Source: Candidatus Peribacteria bacterium
Lineage (GTDB): Bacteria; Patescibacteriota; Gracilibacteria; Peribacterales; Peribacteraceae
NCBI GenBank assembly: GCA_041691135.1
Contig: JBEPVF010000011.1
Span: 1-55,554 of the forward strand
Length of the DNA stretch: 55,554 bases
Reading direction: 5' to 3'
Under the pieces are notes generated by a model, which searched no databases, was not told where the DNA came from, and saw only the letters and a list, made by a program, of their open reading frames with translations. The translations under genes were made by a program, and so were the position numbers. This document shows, one piece after another, positions 1 through 8,853 of the stretch (its first letter is position 1; every line of letters starts with the position of its first letter).

Positions 1-77
1 TGGGTCATAGGCGGTGTGCTTCTTTTTGGTTCTTTTTCTTGTCGCGGGGAGACAAGAAAAAGAACACCAGTGGTGAC
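1..77. repeat. 3' end of dispersed structured repeat (copy A, truncated by window edge)
   Basis: TGGGTCATAGGCGGTG.GCTTCTTTTTGGTTCTTTTT(T)CTTGTCGCGGGGAGACAAGAAAAAGAACACC is near-identical to 24430-24497 and to the end of the copy at 55138-55520. Confidence 0.9.
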
Positions 78-110
78 GGGAGAGGTTGGTGCTGAGGAAT
101 ACATCAGGGA

Positions 111-134
111 CCACGCCAAGGCATGGCGCTCTCC
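111..134 (-). repeat. REP-like palindrome
   Basis: Minus strand reads GGAG-AGCGCCA-TGCCT-TGGCGTGG, the same 22-nt layout as the REPs flanking the RAYT at 30423/30932. Confidence 0.55.
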
Positions 135-144
135 GTAATTGAAT

Positions 145-492
145 TTATGCCACTCCCACCTCCTTCACGATTTTATCGAACACCGCCGGCTCATGAATAG
201 CGAGCTCACTGAGGACTTTGCGGTTCAGGGTCATCTCCTTCTTCTTCATGGCGGCAATGAAACGCGAGTACGTGATGCCCTGAGCGCGCAGTGCAGCATT
301 GAGGCGAATCACCCATAGATTGCGGAAAGTGCGCTTTTTAAGACGGCGATCGCGGTAAGCATTTACTCCGGCACGAACAACGGCTTCATTGGCTTTCTTG
401 AACGCGGTCGAACGCATGCCTCGGTAGCCCTTGGCGAGCTTGAGGATCTTTTTGTGACGCCGATGACGAGCGATACCACGTTTGACGCGCAT
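145..492 (-). CDS. rplT: 50S ribosomal protein L20
   Basis: MRVKRG...KLAKGYRG...AYRDRR.KKR.FR.LW..R.NAA signature; follows infC-rpmI. Confidence 0.98.
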   Translation of the reverse strand: MRVKRGIARHRRHKKILKLAKGYRGMRSTAFKKANEAVVRAGVNAYRDRRLKKRTFRNLWVIRLNAALRAQGITYSRFIAAMKKKEMTLNRKVLSELAIHEPAVFDKIVKEVGVA

Positions 493-503
493 TGTGTAGG
501 GGT

Positions 504-698
504 TTAGAGGTAAGGGACGACGGCTTCCAGACGCTTTACATCACGGGAATTCGCCACCACCGTACGATTCAGACGCTTCTGGCGCTTGCTCTTCTGCTGC
601 AACAGGTGGCTGCGACCGCGTCGCTTGAAGGCGATTTGGCCAGCTCCTGTGCGACGCATGCGTTTCTTGGCGCCGCTGTGTGACTTAATCTTAGGCAT
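504..698 (-). CDS. rpmI: 50S ribosomal protein L35
   Basis: MPKIKSHSGAKKRMRRTG...SHLL; true start is Met28 of the listed ORF. Confidence 0.96.
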   Translation of the reverse strand: MPKIKSHSGAKKRMRRTGAGQIAFKRRGRSHLLQQKSKRQKRLNRTVVANSRDVKRLEAVVPYL

Positions 699-835
699 GG
701 AGACAGTGCGAAATGCAGAGAAAAGTACCCTCTCTAGGGCTTGGGGACGGGAGTATAACCAGAGCAGATGCGAATGCAAAGGGAAAATGACCTGAATACT
801 GCAGGAAAACTGCTCACTCGCTTCTGCTTCCGGGC

Positions 836-1357
836 TTACCGCTTTGGCCGGACAATCGCAATAAACTGATTGCCCTGCATCTTCACCGATTCTTCCACTT
901 CAGCCACGTCCATCAGACTATCGATGATGCCACGCAGTTTGGTGGCCGCATAGTCTTTGTTCCCCAGTTCCCGGCCACGCAGGCGAACGGCGAATTTGAC
1001 CAGATGCCGCTCACTCAAGAATTCACGGGCGCGTTGGGCCAGACGATCCAGATCGTGCTTCTCGGTCCGGAAGCCGAAGCGCAACATTTTGACTTCCACC
1101 TGTTTGCTGTGCGCCTTCTGCTTTTTCTCTTTCTTCTGCAGTTGGTACAAATAGTGACCGAATTCCCCGATCTTCACCACTGGCGGCGTTGCCTTGGGAG
1201 ATACTTCGATCAGATCCAGTTCCGCTGCGCGTGCACGTTCCAGCGCCTCGGCGATAGTGAGGACTTCAGCAGCACCGTCATCGCTCACGAGCATGACTTC
1301 GGGAACGCGGATCTGTTCATTGAAGCGAGGACGCTTCTCGTGCCGCATCATGGGCAC
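836..1357 (-). CDS. infC: translation initiation factor IF-3
   Basis: NEQIR..EV...ELDLIEVSP.A.PPV.KI, LRGRE motifs; operon with rpmI-rplT. Confidence 0.96.
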   Translation of the reverse strand: MPMMRHEKRPRFNEQIRVPEVMLVSDDGAAEVLTIAEALERARAAELDLIEVSPKATPPVVKIGEFGHYLYQLQKKEKKQKAHSKQVEVKMLRFGFRTEKHDLDRLAQRAREFLSERHLVKFAVRLRGRELGNKDYAATKLRGIIDSLMDVAEVEESVKMQGNQFIAIVRPKR

Positions 1358-1443
1358 ATGTTTCTGACGTTGACGCAGAGGACAAAAGGGGAAAGAGAAT
1401 CAGTAATCTACGAGATGGAGCAGGAGGAAGTCAAGGAAGGCAG

Positions 1444-1510
1444 AATGTACAATGCACAATTGATAATGAACAATGAAGAAAATTGTTCATTGTACATTTC
1501 AATCATTAAT
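1444..1510. repeat. inverted pair of degenerate heptamer arrays
   Basis: AATGTAC AATGCAC AATTGAT AATGAAC AATGAAG followed by the reverse-complement units GTTCATT GTACATT. Confidence 0.7.
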
Positions 1511-2378
1511 TTGTTTTGCGTCCCTGCTTTTCCAGCACGAATGTCACCTTCTGCATGTCCTTGTCCGCCGGTTCCACCGTCATTTTTTGCAGCGTCACCA
1601 ACGGCATAGGCCACAGCTTTTGATCCACGACCGATTTACCGAGATCCGTGCCGAAGAAGCGCACAGCTTCCTGGAGCAACGGGACGTCGAGAGCCGTCTG
1701 CACCGATGCACGGGCATCATCCGTCGCAAAAGCAGCCAGAAGCCGGTCACGTTGATCATTGGGATTGGACGCGTACATAGACAAATCGAGTGACAGAAAC
1801 TGCTGCAATGCATCAAGCGCAGCCGGATTTTCCTGTTCCGTTTTCGAGAGCAACAGCTGCACATCCTCAGTCGGCAAAGCATCGGCAACCGTCACATAAC
1901 CCATCAGATCGATGAGCGAGAGCCACGTATCCAAGCCATCCTGCGACACGGTGACGGAAAATGAGACCGATTGCTTCAGGAGCGTTTCGCCATGCAATGT
2001 GGCCGCCTCTTCCTTGCCCAGCACGATAGGGGCGCTGTAATCCTCTGCACCGCCTTTCTGCAGCGCATCGGATACGAGCGAGAAGAGTGACAGAAGCCGG
2101 TCGTTGGAAGAGGCGTCCGAGAGAACGTACATAGCAAGCCGTTCGCGAATGGAACCTGCGGTCAGCGCCGTCTGGAGTTGCGTGACATCAACCTGGCGCC
2201 GGAGCACATCGCGTCGGTGTTCAAGGCTAGAGACTTGTCCAGCCAGCGGCAAGGCATCCTGCTGCATGGCCTGCGCCGTACGTATATGTATCACGATCAG
2301 AAGAACGGACAGCCCAAGCAAAAGTGTGCTCACACCCACTGCCACGATTTCCTGCCGATGGCGCGGCCACTGCATCAT
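1506..2378 (-). CDS. membrane-anchored protein, PilO-like
   Basis: N-terminal TM helix and coiled coil; translationally coupled to the upstream PilN-like gene. Confidence 0.5.
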   Translation of the reverse strand: MMQWPRHRQEIVAVGVSTLLLGLSVLLIVIHIRTAQAMQQDALPLAGQVSSLEHRRDVLRRQVDVTQLQTALTAGSIRERLAMYVLSDASSNDRLLSLFSLVSDALQKGGAEDYSAPIVLGKEEAATLHGETLLKQSVSFSVTVSQDGLDTWLSLIDLMGYVTVADALPTEDVQLLLSKTEQENPAALDALQQFLSLDLSMYASNPNDQRDRLLAAFATDDARASVQTALDVPLLQEAVRFFGTDLGKSVVDQKLWPMPLVTLQKMTVEPADKDMQKVTFVLEKQGRKTN

Positions 2379-2971
2379 CGGAGTGAGAGGGAAATAACAA
2401 ACGGCGAATGTGGACCCGTCACCGGATCCTGCAGACGCGCATACGTTGGCTGCTCAAGTGACGAGATATTCGACATCTTGCCCAGCAGTTCGGTGAACTG
2501 TGCCAGGACCGTCATGCTCGATGTTCCCACGAAGCGTACATCGCCGGTTAAGACCAAGGTCCGTGTGGCAGGCACATACTCCATGCGATCGATATGGACC
2601 GCATCCGGCTTTTGGGAAAGTGCGTGCGCCTGGTCGACGACCTGTGCCAGAACAGTCGCGAGAAGCGGCGCATCCTGCTTTCCGTCCCGCAGAGCGGCAT
2701 AGGTCGGATCGGCGGGCACGAGCAACGCATTACGTTTCTGCTGCAAATCCAGCACACTCGCATGCAGGGACATATCGTAGGACTGAAGCTCGGCAACGCT
2801 GTACTCCTTGTTGCCGATGGCCACACTCGACCATCGCGGCAAGACAAACAGCCACGAAAAACCGAGCAGAAGCGCCAGCAATCCGCTGAACCACATCGAC
2901 GACATCGTCAGGCGTCGGAACAGAGCGCCAGGCGTATCAGAATCGTCGGAAATGACAGGCGTGAGAGACAT
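2375..2971 (-). CDS. PilN-like type IV pilus assembly protein
   Basis: TM helix, coiled coil and a C-terminal 'LVLTGDV....SMTVLAQFTELL' segment typical of PilN domains; start chosen at MSLTP. Confidence 0.55.
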   Translation of the reverse strand: MSLTPVISDDSDTPGALFRRLTMSSMWFSGLLALLLGFSWLFVLPRWSSVAIGNKEYSVAELQSYDMSLHASVLDLQQKRNALLVPADPTYAALRDGKQDAPLLATVLAQVVDQAHALSQKPDAVHIDRMEYVPATRTLVLTGDVRFVGTSSMTVLAQFTELLGKMSNISSLEQPTYARLQDPVTGPHSPFVISLSLR

Positions 2972-3149
2972 ACAGATTTCTAGATAGTATAGCAGAAATA
3001 TGAGTCCCTGACTACAGAAGAAGGGCACAGAAAACGAGAATGGACAGGAAATTCACTCCCCCTGATCCCCCTGAATCCGCTGACTCTCTTGAATCCTTCC
3101 AAACCACCTTTCATTTCCTGTACCATCAAGACTCACATTCCCCCTTCCC

Positions 3150-4239
3150 GTGGAAGAGCTGCTCCAAAAATTGCAGGATTTGCACTCGGCCATCAATACG
3201 GGCAAGGACTCTCTTTGAGGCCCGTGGTATTCCGGAACAGATCAAAGAACTGGATGCGCAAACGCAGGATCCCAATTTGTGGAACGATCAGAAAGCCGCG
3301 CAGTCGCTGTTCGGCAAATTAAAAGTGCTGCGAAAGCAATGGGAACCCATCGCCGGTATTCATCAGGAAGCGACTGAATTACTCGAACTGGCAAAACAAG
3401 CTGATGAGTCCGACCTGCCCGATCTGGAAAAAGAATTCATCAAGTTGCAGACGCAGTGGTCGACGCTCGAAACGCAATTGTATTTGGGCGGCGAGTTCGA
3501 TGCGGGCAACTGTTACCTGACCATTTCCAGCGGCGCCGGCGGCACCGAGGCACAGGACTGGGCATCAATGCTCGTGCGCATGTATCTGCGCTACTGCGAA
3601 CGCCAGGACTGGACCACTGCGTTGCTCGAAAAAACAGATGGCGCGGAAGCCGGGATCAAGACGGCGACCTTCCACGTGATCGGCGAAATGGCGTACGGGA
3701 ATTTGAAATGCGAACGCGGCACGCATCGCCTGGTGCGGCTGTCGCCGTTCAACGCCAAGAACCTGCGGCAGACCAGCTTCGCGTTGGTGGAAGTACTGCC
3801 CGAGATCACCGAGACGGACGAAGTGGAGATCAATCCGAATGACTTACGCGTCGACACCTACCGCAGCGGCGGTGCGGGCGGCCAGCACGTCAACAAGACC
3901 GACAGCGCCATCCGCATTACGCACTTGCCCAGCGGTATCGTGGTGGCGTGTCAGACCGAGCGCAGCCAGATCCAGAACCGCGCCCAGGCGATGAACCTGC
4001 TGCGCGCGAAATTGCTCGAAAAAAAGCGCGCCGAAGAAGAAGAGCAGAAGGCGGAACTGAAGGGCGCCACGCAAAGCGCCGACTTCGGGCAGCAGATCCG
4101 CAGCTATGTATTGCATCCGTATCAGATGGTCAAAGATCTGCGGACCGACACTGAGACGAGCAATACGACGACCGTGCTCGACGGCGATATTCAGATGTTC
4201 GTGGACGCGGAATTGAAACGGGAAGCGAGAGGTGAGTAA
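3150..4239 (+). CDS. prfB: peptide chain release factor 2 (programmed +1 frameshift at 3213-3219)
   Basis: SPF peptide anticodon, GGQ motif, GAGGTEAQDW; GTG 3150 opens a 22-codon frame ending CTT-TGA, and the +1 frame continues EARGIP. Confidence 0.95.
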
Positions 4240-4285
4240 TCAGTAATTAGAAGTCAGTGGTCAGTTTTCTTTCTCTCACTCTCGC

Positions 4286-5101
4286 ATGCAAAGTAACAGG
4301 ATCACTTCCGCAATCATTGCCTTCTGCGTGATGTTGAGTGGTTGCAGTGCTCAATCCACTTCACAGATAACAAAGCTACGGCTGCCGGATACACAGTACA
4401 ACGAAATGTTGCTCGGACCGGACGGCTCACAATCCAATGATCTGACACCGGAATGGAGTGGCAGCGACGCTGTAAAACAACGAGAGAACCTCATTGGGAA
4501 AGAAAGCCGTGAGATTACATTTCAGTATGCCGAGCAGGACTACGAGGCGCCGTACAAACTCCATGCTCAGCATGTTATTCAGTCTTTCACGATAGGCAAG
4601 GATGCTTATACGTTGCGCACTCGCACCGAAAACCCGCCAGATCAACAGTATCAGTTATACAAAAACAACACTCAAATCTACGAGAGCCAGATGTGTTATG
4701 GCAGTGAACCTCCAATTGAGAATATCGCCATGATCGATGGAGAGATCGCGGTCACATTCCATCAAGGCGATTGCTCATCGGAGAATCGTAAGTCGGGGGA
4801 TAACTGGGTGGCGATCTATTATCGTGGCAAGACCATCAACGAACAGGAGCACGTGCAGGGCGCCAGCACTCTCTTCGACTATAAAGGCAAGCTTGGATTC
4901 GTCGCAAAGATTGATGACAAGGACTATCTCTACTTCAACGGAAAAAAGGCATCGCAGCCTTTCGATATCATCCGCACCTACACATGTTGCATGCTGCCGC
5001 AGCCGTATTTGAAAGTGTACGAGAATGGCACGCTACTCTTCATCGGTGACCGGAATCATAATCGCTATCTGACTCAGGTAGATTTGAATCAGCATCTATA
5101 A
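4286..5101 (+). CDS. hypothetical secreted/lipoprotein
   Basis: Signal peptide with lipobox LSGC; beta-rich mature region. Confidence 0.7.
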   Translation: MQSNRITSAIIAFCVMLSGCSAQSTSQITKLRLPDTQYNEMLLGPDGSQSNDLTPEWSGSDAVKQRENLIGKESREITFQYAEQDYEAPYKLHAQHVIQSFTIGKDAYTLRTRTENPPDQQYQLYKNNTQIYESQMCYGSEPPIENIAMIDGEIAVTFHQGDCSSENRKSGDNWVAIYYRGKTINEQEHVQGASTLFDYKGKLGFVAKIDDKDYLYFNGKKASQPFDIIRTYTCCMLPQPYLKVYENGTLLFIGDRNHNRYLTQVDLNQHL

Positions 5102-5144
5102 TCTCCTGAATCCTTTGAGTCACTTGTTTCCCTTGAATCTTTTT

Positions 5145-5178
5145 AAAAAAAGAAAGACCGACCCTTACGGATCGGCCT
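5145..5178 (-). terminator. intrinsic terminator of the histone-fold gene
   Basis: Minus strand AGGCCGATCC-GTAA-GGGTCGGTCT followed by TTCTTTTTTT. Confidence 0.8.
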
Positions 5179-5207
5179 GTCTTGAAAGAACAATCTTGAA
5201 GGTGAGA

Positions 5208-5378
5208 CTAAAGGTCGTCCGGGCGGACAGTCTTGCGACCGTTGGCCTGAGCGCGCTTAGCAGCCATCTTGATGGCGTTCTCGAGGTGAGCCGAAGCGGC
5301 CTCTGGGAAATCGCCGGCCGTCATCATGTCCTGCTTCTTGAGCAGCTCCTTGATAGCGGATGCAACAACGTATGACAT
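5208..5378 (-). CDS. histone-fold protein (bacterial histone, Bd0055/HBb-like), 56 aa
   Basis: Manual translation MSYVVASAIKELLKKQDMMTAGDFPEAASAHLENAIKMAAKRAQANGRKTVRPDDL; histone L2-alpha3 motif A..RA.ANGRKTV...DL; own terminator. Confidence 0.88.
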   Translation of the reverse strand: MSYVVASAIKELLKKQDMMTAGDFPEAASAHLENAIKMAAKRAQANGRKTVRPDDL

Positions 5379-5745
5379 AGAATTGTTGGAGGAAGAGATA
5401 AAACGGAAGGAATTCTAAGGGCTCCAAGGGCCTACGCAAGTACAAATCCTCTTGAAAATGGCAGTGGACGGCCTTCCTTAGCTACCAGACTGCATTTTCT
5501 GCTGTTGTACTTCTCCGAATTCATGTGGTGGATAGCCGAGTTTTTTGCTTATGAATCAGCATTTTAAGCCATACGTCAATATCTGTTCGGCCAAAGACAA
5601 GCGTCGCAAGACCCGTCTAAATCTCTGGATACATTGAAAATAGAGGGCAGTTCGACTCCGCTCACTGTCATTCGCGTCGGCAAAGAAGTGGCCCAAGCGC
5701 CAGAGTGCGAGGACCATGAGCGAGGCCCCAGAGGGCCGAGACAAA

Positions 5746-5836
5746 TGGCGGAGAGAGAGGGATTCGAACCCTCGATGCCCTTGTGGGGCATACTCGATTT
5801 CGAGTCGAGCGCCTTCGACCACTCGGCCATCTCTCC
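5746..5836 (-). tRNA. tRNA-Ser (anticodon CGA)
   Basis: GGAGAGATGGCCGAGTGG...CTCGA-CT-CGA-AA-TCGAG...long variable arm...GGTTCGAATCCC...TCTCC-G-CCA. Confidence 0.97.
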
Positions 5837-5943
5837 AAGCGCCGACGTATTGTACTGATCTGTTTGAGAAAGCAAAACCTGTCAATCGATCGAACAGGGC
5901 TCCATTCGTTGCAGATCCGGGAGAATGGGGTGACAATCTGTCT

Positions 5944-6213
5944 GTGACCAAAGCCGATTCGCTCAAAGAACTCCGTCAGATCCCGGGCATCGGAAAATCA
6001 ATCGCTGAAGATTTATGGAATATAGGTATCCGATCGATTGCGGACGTGAAGCGCAGTAATCCTGAAGAACTCTATCGGCGCTCATGTGAGCATCAGGGCT
6101 GCACCATCGATCGCTGCCTGCTCTACACCTACCGATGTGCCGTGTATTACGCATCGCATACAAAGCATGATCCGGAGCTGTTGAAATGGTGGAAGTGGAA
6201 AGACAAAAAATAA
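5944..6213 (+). CDS. helix-hairpin-helix protein (Cdd1/'pathogenicity locus' family)
   Basis: IPGIGKSIAEDL HhH; DRCLLYTYRCAVYYA...LLKWWKWKD signature; GTG start inferred. Confidence 0.8.
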   Translation: MTKADSLKELRQIPGIGKSIAEDLWNIGIRSIADVKRSNPEELYRRSCEHQGCTIDRCLLYTYRCAVYYASHTKHDPELLKWWKWKDKK

Positions 6214-6252
6214 AAACTCGCATGAGCAGAAATTCACATCAGCTTTCGAATT

Positions 6253-7209
6253 TTATTCTGGCAGTTGTCCTTTTCGCTCCGTTGGATCAACCCACGCTAT
6301 ACCGAGCGCCTTATAAATATCCTCCTCCGTTTTCTGCGCGATGATTTTGTCGCCTTCCGACAAACTGTATTCGTTCAGTTTCCATCCGCGTTCGATGGCA
6401 CGTTTGCGCAGGCTGATGTTGTGCTCTTTGTCGCCGGTAAAGTAGAGCAGTGCGCTTCCCCATTCGTTAGCCTTCACGAAACGGATATCGACGCGCAGCA
6501 GCGATTGCAGATTGAACGAGAGTTTCGTATCGCCTTTGGCGACCACCTGCTGCACCAGCGATAACTTGCTCACCGCATCGATTACACGTTCGCGGTCCGA
6601 TGTGACGACCAGAATATCGATGTCCCCCACCGTCGGCTTGTGTCGCCGATACGAACCGGCGGCTTCGACTTTCTCTACACCTGGAACTGCCCGCAAAGCG
6701 GCAAGTAATTCCTCCACATCTTTCGTCACTTCTTCCCGCGGATAGCGCTTCGATCGCTCGGTCACCTGCTGGGCATTCTCCAGAATTTTTTTCTCCATGT
6801 GCTCCGACATGCGCGGCAGATCGCGCAACTTTCCTTCTTGGGCCGCCTTGATCAGATCGGGCACATCCTTAATGCCGAGTACTTTCTGGAACTCCCGGAT
6901 GCGCTTGGGTCCCAGGTCTTCGATTTCCATTAGATCTGCCGGCAGATCGCCCTGCGCCACGCGCAGGTTTTCCAGATGCTGAATCTTGCCTGTCTCCAAG
7001 AACTCCAGAATCTTCGACGCGATGGCATCGCCGATACCGGGCAATTCCATCAGCTTCTTTTTGTCTGCCATCTCGGACACATCCTGCGCCAAATCCTCCA
7101 GTGTCTGCGCCGCCTTGCGGTATGCATTTGCTTTGAACGTCTCGCCCTGCTCACCAAGCAGTGCGGCAATTTGGTGGAACAGATGGATGAGACGGCGGTT
7201 GTTTTCCAT
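6253..7209 (-). CDS. polX: DNA polymerase X family, no PHP domain
   Basis: AYRKAA 8-kDa domain, LPGIG HhH, GSYRR...GDIDILV and RVDIR catalytic motifs, LLYFTG. Confidence 0.9.
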   Translation of the reverse strand: MENNRRLIHLFHQIAALLGEQGETFKANAYRKAAQTLEDLAQDVSEMADKKKLMELPGIGDAIASKILEFLETGKIQHLENLRVAQGDLPADLMEIEDLGPKRIREFQKVLGIKDVPDLIKAAQEGKLRDLPRMSEHMEKKILENAQQVTERSKRYPREEVTKDVEELLAALRAVPGVEKVEAAGSYRRHKPTVGDIDILVVTSDRERVIDAVSKLSLVQQVVAKGDTKLSFNLQSLLRVDIRFVKANEWGSALLYFTGDKEHNISLRKRAIERGWKLNEYSLSEGDKIIAQKTEEDIYKALGIAWVDPTERKGQLPE

Positions 7210-7455
7210 AGAGAAGATTATAGCACCCCATCCCTAACCCTTCCCCCGCCACCTCCCTTTCTTTTGTTTGGAATACAGATTCTATACACGCTACAAAATC
7301 TCAGAGACCTGCACGGGGAAGGGAATGTATGTGTTTTGCTCTCTCGTCCTTCCCCGTGTTGGCGTGCGGAAGAGACCGGGGAAGGTGCCCCGCAGGGCGG
7401 ATGGGGTACCGCGCTAGGCAATATTTTCCTCCCCTGTACGACACGTCCAATTTCT

Positions 7456-7794
7456 TCAATCACCACTGTGAAGAGACGTACGCACCTGTTCATTCTTGAA
7501 ACGCAGAACAACAAAACCCATATCCAACCATGTTTGGTCACGTACGCGATCGTACTCCACTCTCTTGTCATGAATCGGACCATCAACTTCGATAACAAGC
7601 CGCCGTTCATAACAGAGAAAGTCAGCAATATATGCCCCGAGCGTCACCTGTCGCCGGAATTTCACGTCGAGAACTTGCCTGTTCCGAATCGCATCCCAAA
7701 GAATTTTCTCTTCAGGAGTCATATTTTTCCTAAGATTTCTTGCGAAGATAAGTTTGTCTCTCTTGTAGCACCACTGCTGAACTTCTTGCGTCAT
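7456..7794 (-). CDS. DUF559/Vsr-like endonuclease, possibly frameshifted at the C-terminus
   Basis: ARNLRKNMT.EE.ILW...KFRRQ...YIADF.C....LVIEVDG.IH...YD..RD..L...G..VLRFKNE. Confidence 0.85.
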   Translation of the reverse strand: MTQEVQQWCYKRDKLIFARNLRKNMTPEEKILWDAIRNRQVLDVKFRRQVTLGAYIADFLCYERRLVIEVDGPIHDKRVEYDRVRDQTWLDMGFVVLRFKNEQVRTSLHSGD

Positions 7795-7922
7795 ATATTC
7801 AACATAGATGGCAATTTATGTAAAAAATACCCATCATATAATGTATGAAATGGTTAGTTGATTTCTTGAGCAAACAAAGGACATGCCAGGTGTTCTATCC
7901 ACATGAAGAACAAATTAAAGAG

Positions 7923-7947
7923 CCACCCCGCGCAGAACGCGGGGTGG
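7923..7947 (-). terminator. GC-rich hairpin, probable terminator
   Basis: CCACCCCGCG-CAGAA-CGCGGGGTGG with a T-rich tail on the minus strand. Confidence 0.6.
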
Positions 7948-8283
7948 GCGATCGATATAACACATCGATCTGTGCAGCTTAGGGCCTTACTAGGCCCTCA
8001 GTCGCGAGGCGGCGGACGACCAGCCATTGGCCAGAGGTACTTCCGCCTCATCGAACAGAGGAATTTACGCCGCATAGCGGCCTCCTATTGCTCGAAACTT
8101 CTTGCGGCAACCCGCCCCACGCGCATGGGGCAAATCGCTAGAAGTGCGTGCATCCTAGTGCTTCAATTCCATTCGTCAACCTATCAACACCCTGCAGGAA
8201 TTTTTCCGCAGCAGGAAAAGGGGAAATCATTAAAAGCAACATGTAAAGCAAGTAGGGAATGATCCGCATTCTTAAATAGATGT

Positions 8284-8314
8284 GTCCCACGCCCCGAAAG
8301 TCGGGGCGTGGGAC
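8284..8314 (-). terminator. 14-bp hairpin, probable terminator
   Basis: GTCCCACGCCCCGA-AAG-TCGGGGCGTGGGAC directly after the stop at 8320. Confidence 0.6.
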
Positions 8315-8319
8315 GAGTG

Positions 8320-8604
8320 TCAGTGACGGAAAACGGGCGAACGGCGGCGGCACTTGCGATCGTAGTGGCCGCCAGTGCTGGCGACCTGAGTCTTAACGAG
8401 CGGCGCAGAGGGGCCGTTACTGCCTGACGGCTGTCTACGGGGCCTGTGAGCCCCAGCCATGCAGCACGCAAGAACGAGGTCTGCCTGGACCTTGGGATCG
8501 ATCCCTGCGAACGCCTCAGGGCCCACCTCTTTCAACGACTGCGGGCTGATCACTTTGATGCCCAAATGCGCTGCCACCTCGAGAACCGTTTGGCTCAACT
8601 GCAT
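8320..8604 (-). CDS. hypothetical protein
   Basis: ORF MQLSQTVLEVAAHLGIKVISP... with GGAG upstream and a hairpin downstream. Confidence 0.45.
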   Translation of the reverse strand: MQLSQTVLEVAAHLGIKVISPQSLKEVGPEAFAGIDPKVQADLVLACCMAGAHRPRRQPSGSNGPSAPLVKTQVASTGGHYDRKCRRRSPVFRH

Positions 8605-8853
8605 TTGCGACTCCGAGTTTTTTCGACACTGACTCACCTTACAACACCCCCATCCATTTGAGGGCAAGAAGGCGGATCATTCTCTTTCAAACAATGCTGA
8701 CAAGAATCGATGTACTGGTAAAGCAGTACAATTTACTTCCGCGGAAGTCTATCCTTGTCAAGCTTCCGCACAACAAAACAGCCCTATGTAACAAAGATTT
8801 TGGCTTGATTAAGCCAAAATAATGTCGCACTTCGACTCAGTTTAGCGGACAGC

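Noticed and set aside
3040-3149. N-terminal extension of prfB in the ORF track
   Set aside because: It translates the 9-mer array and the wrong frame upstream of the frameshift; the GTG 3150 frame leads exactly into CTT-TGA.
5556-5966. ORFs spanning the tRNA-Ser gene
   Set aside because: They overlap a canonical tRNA and have no protein motifs.
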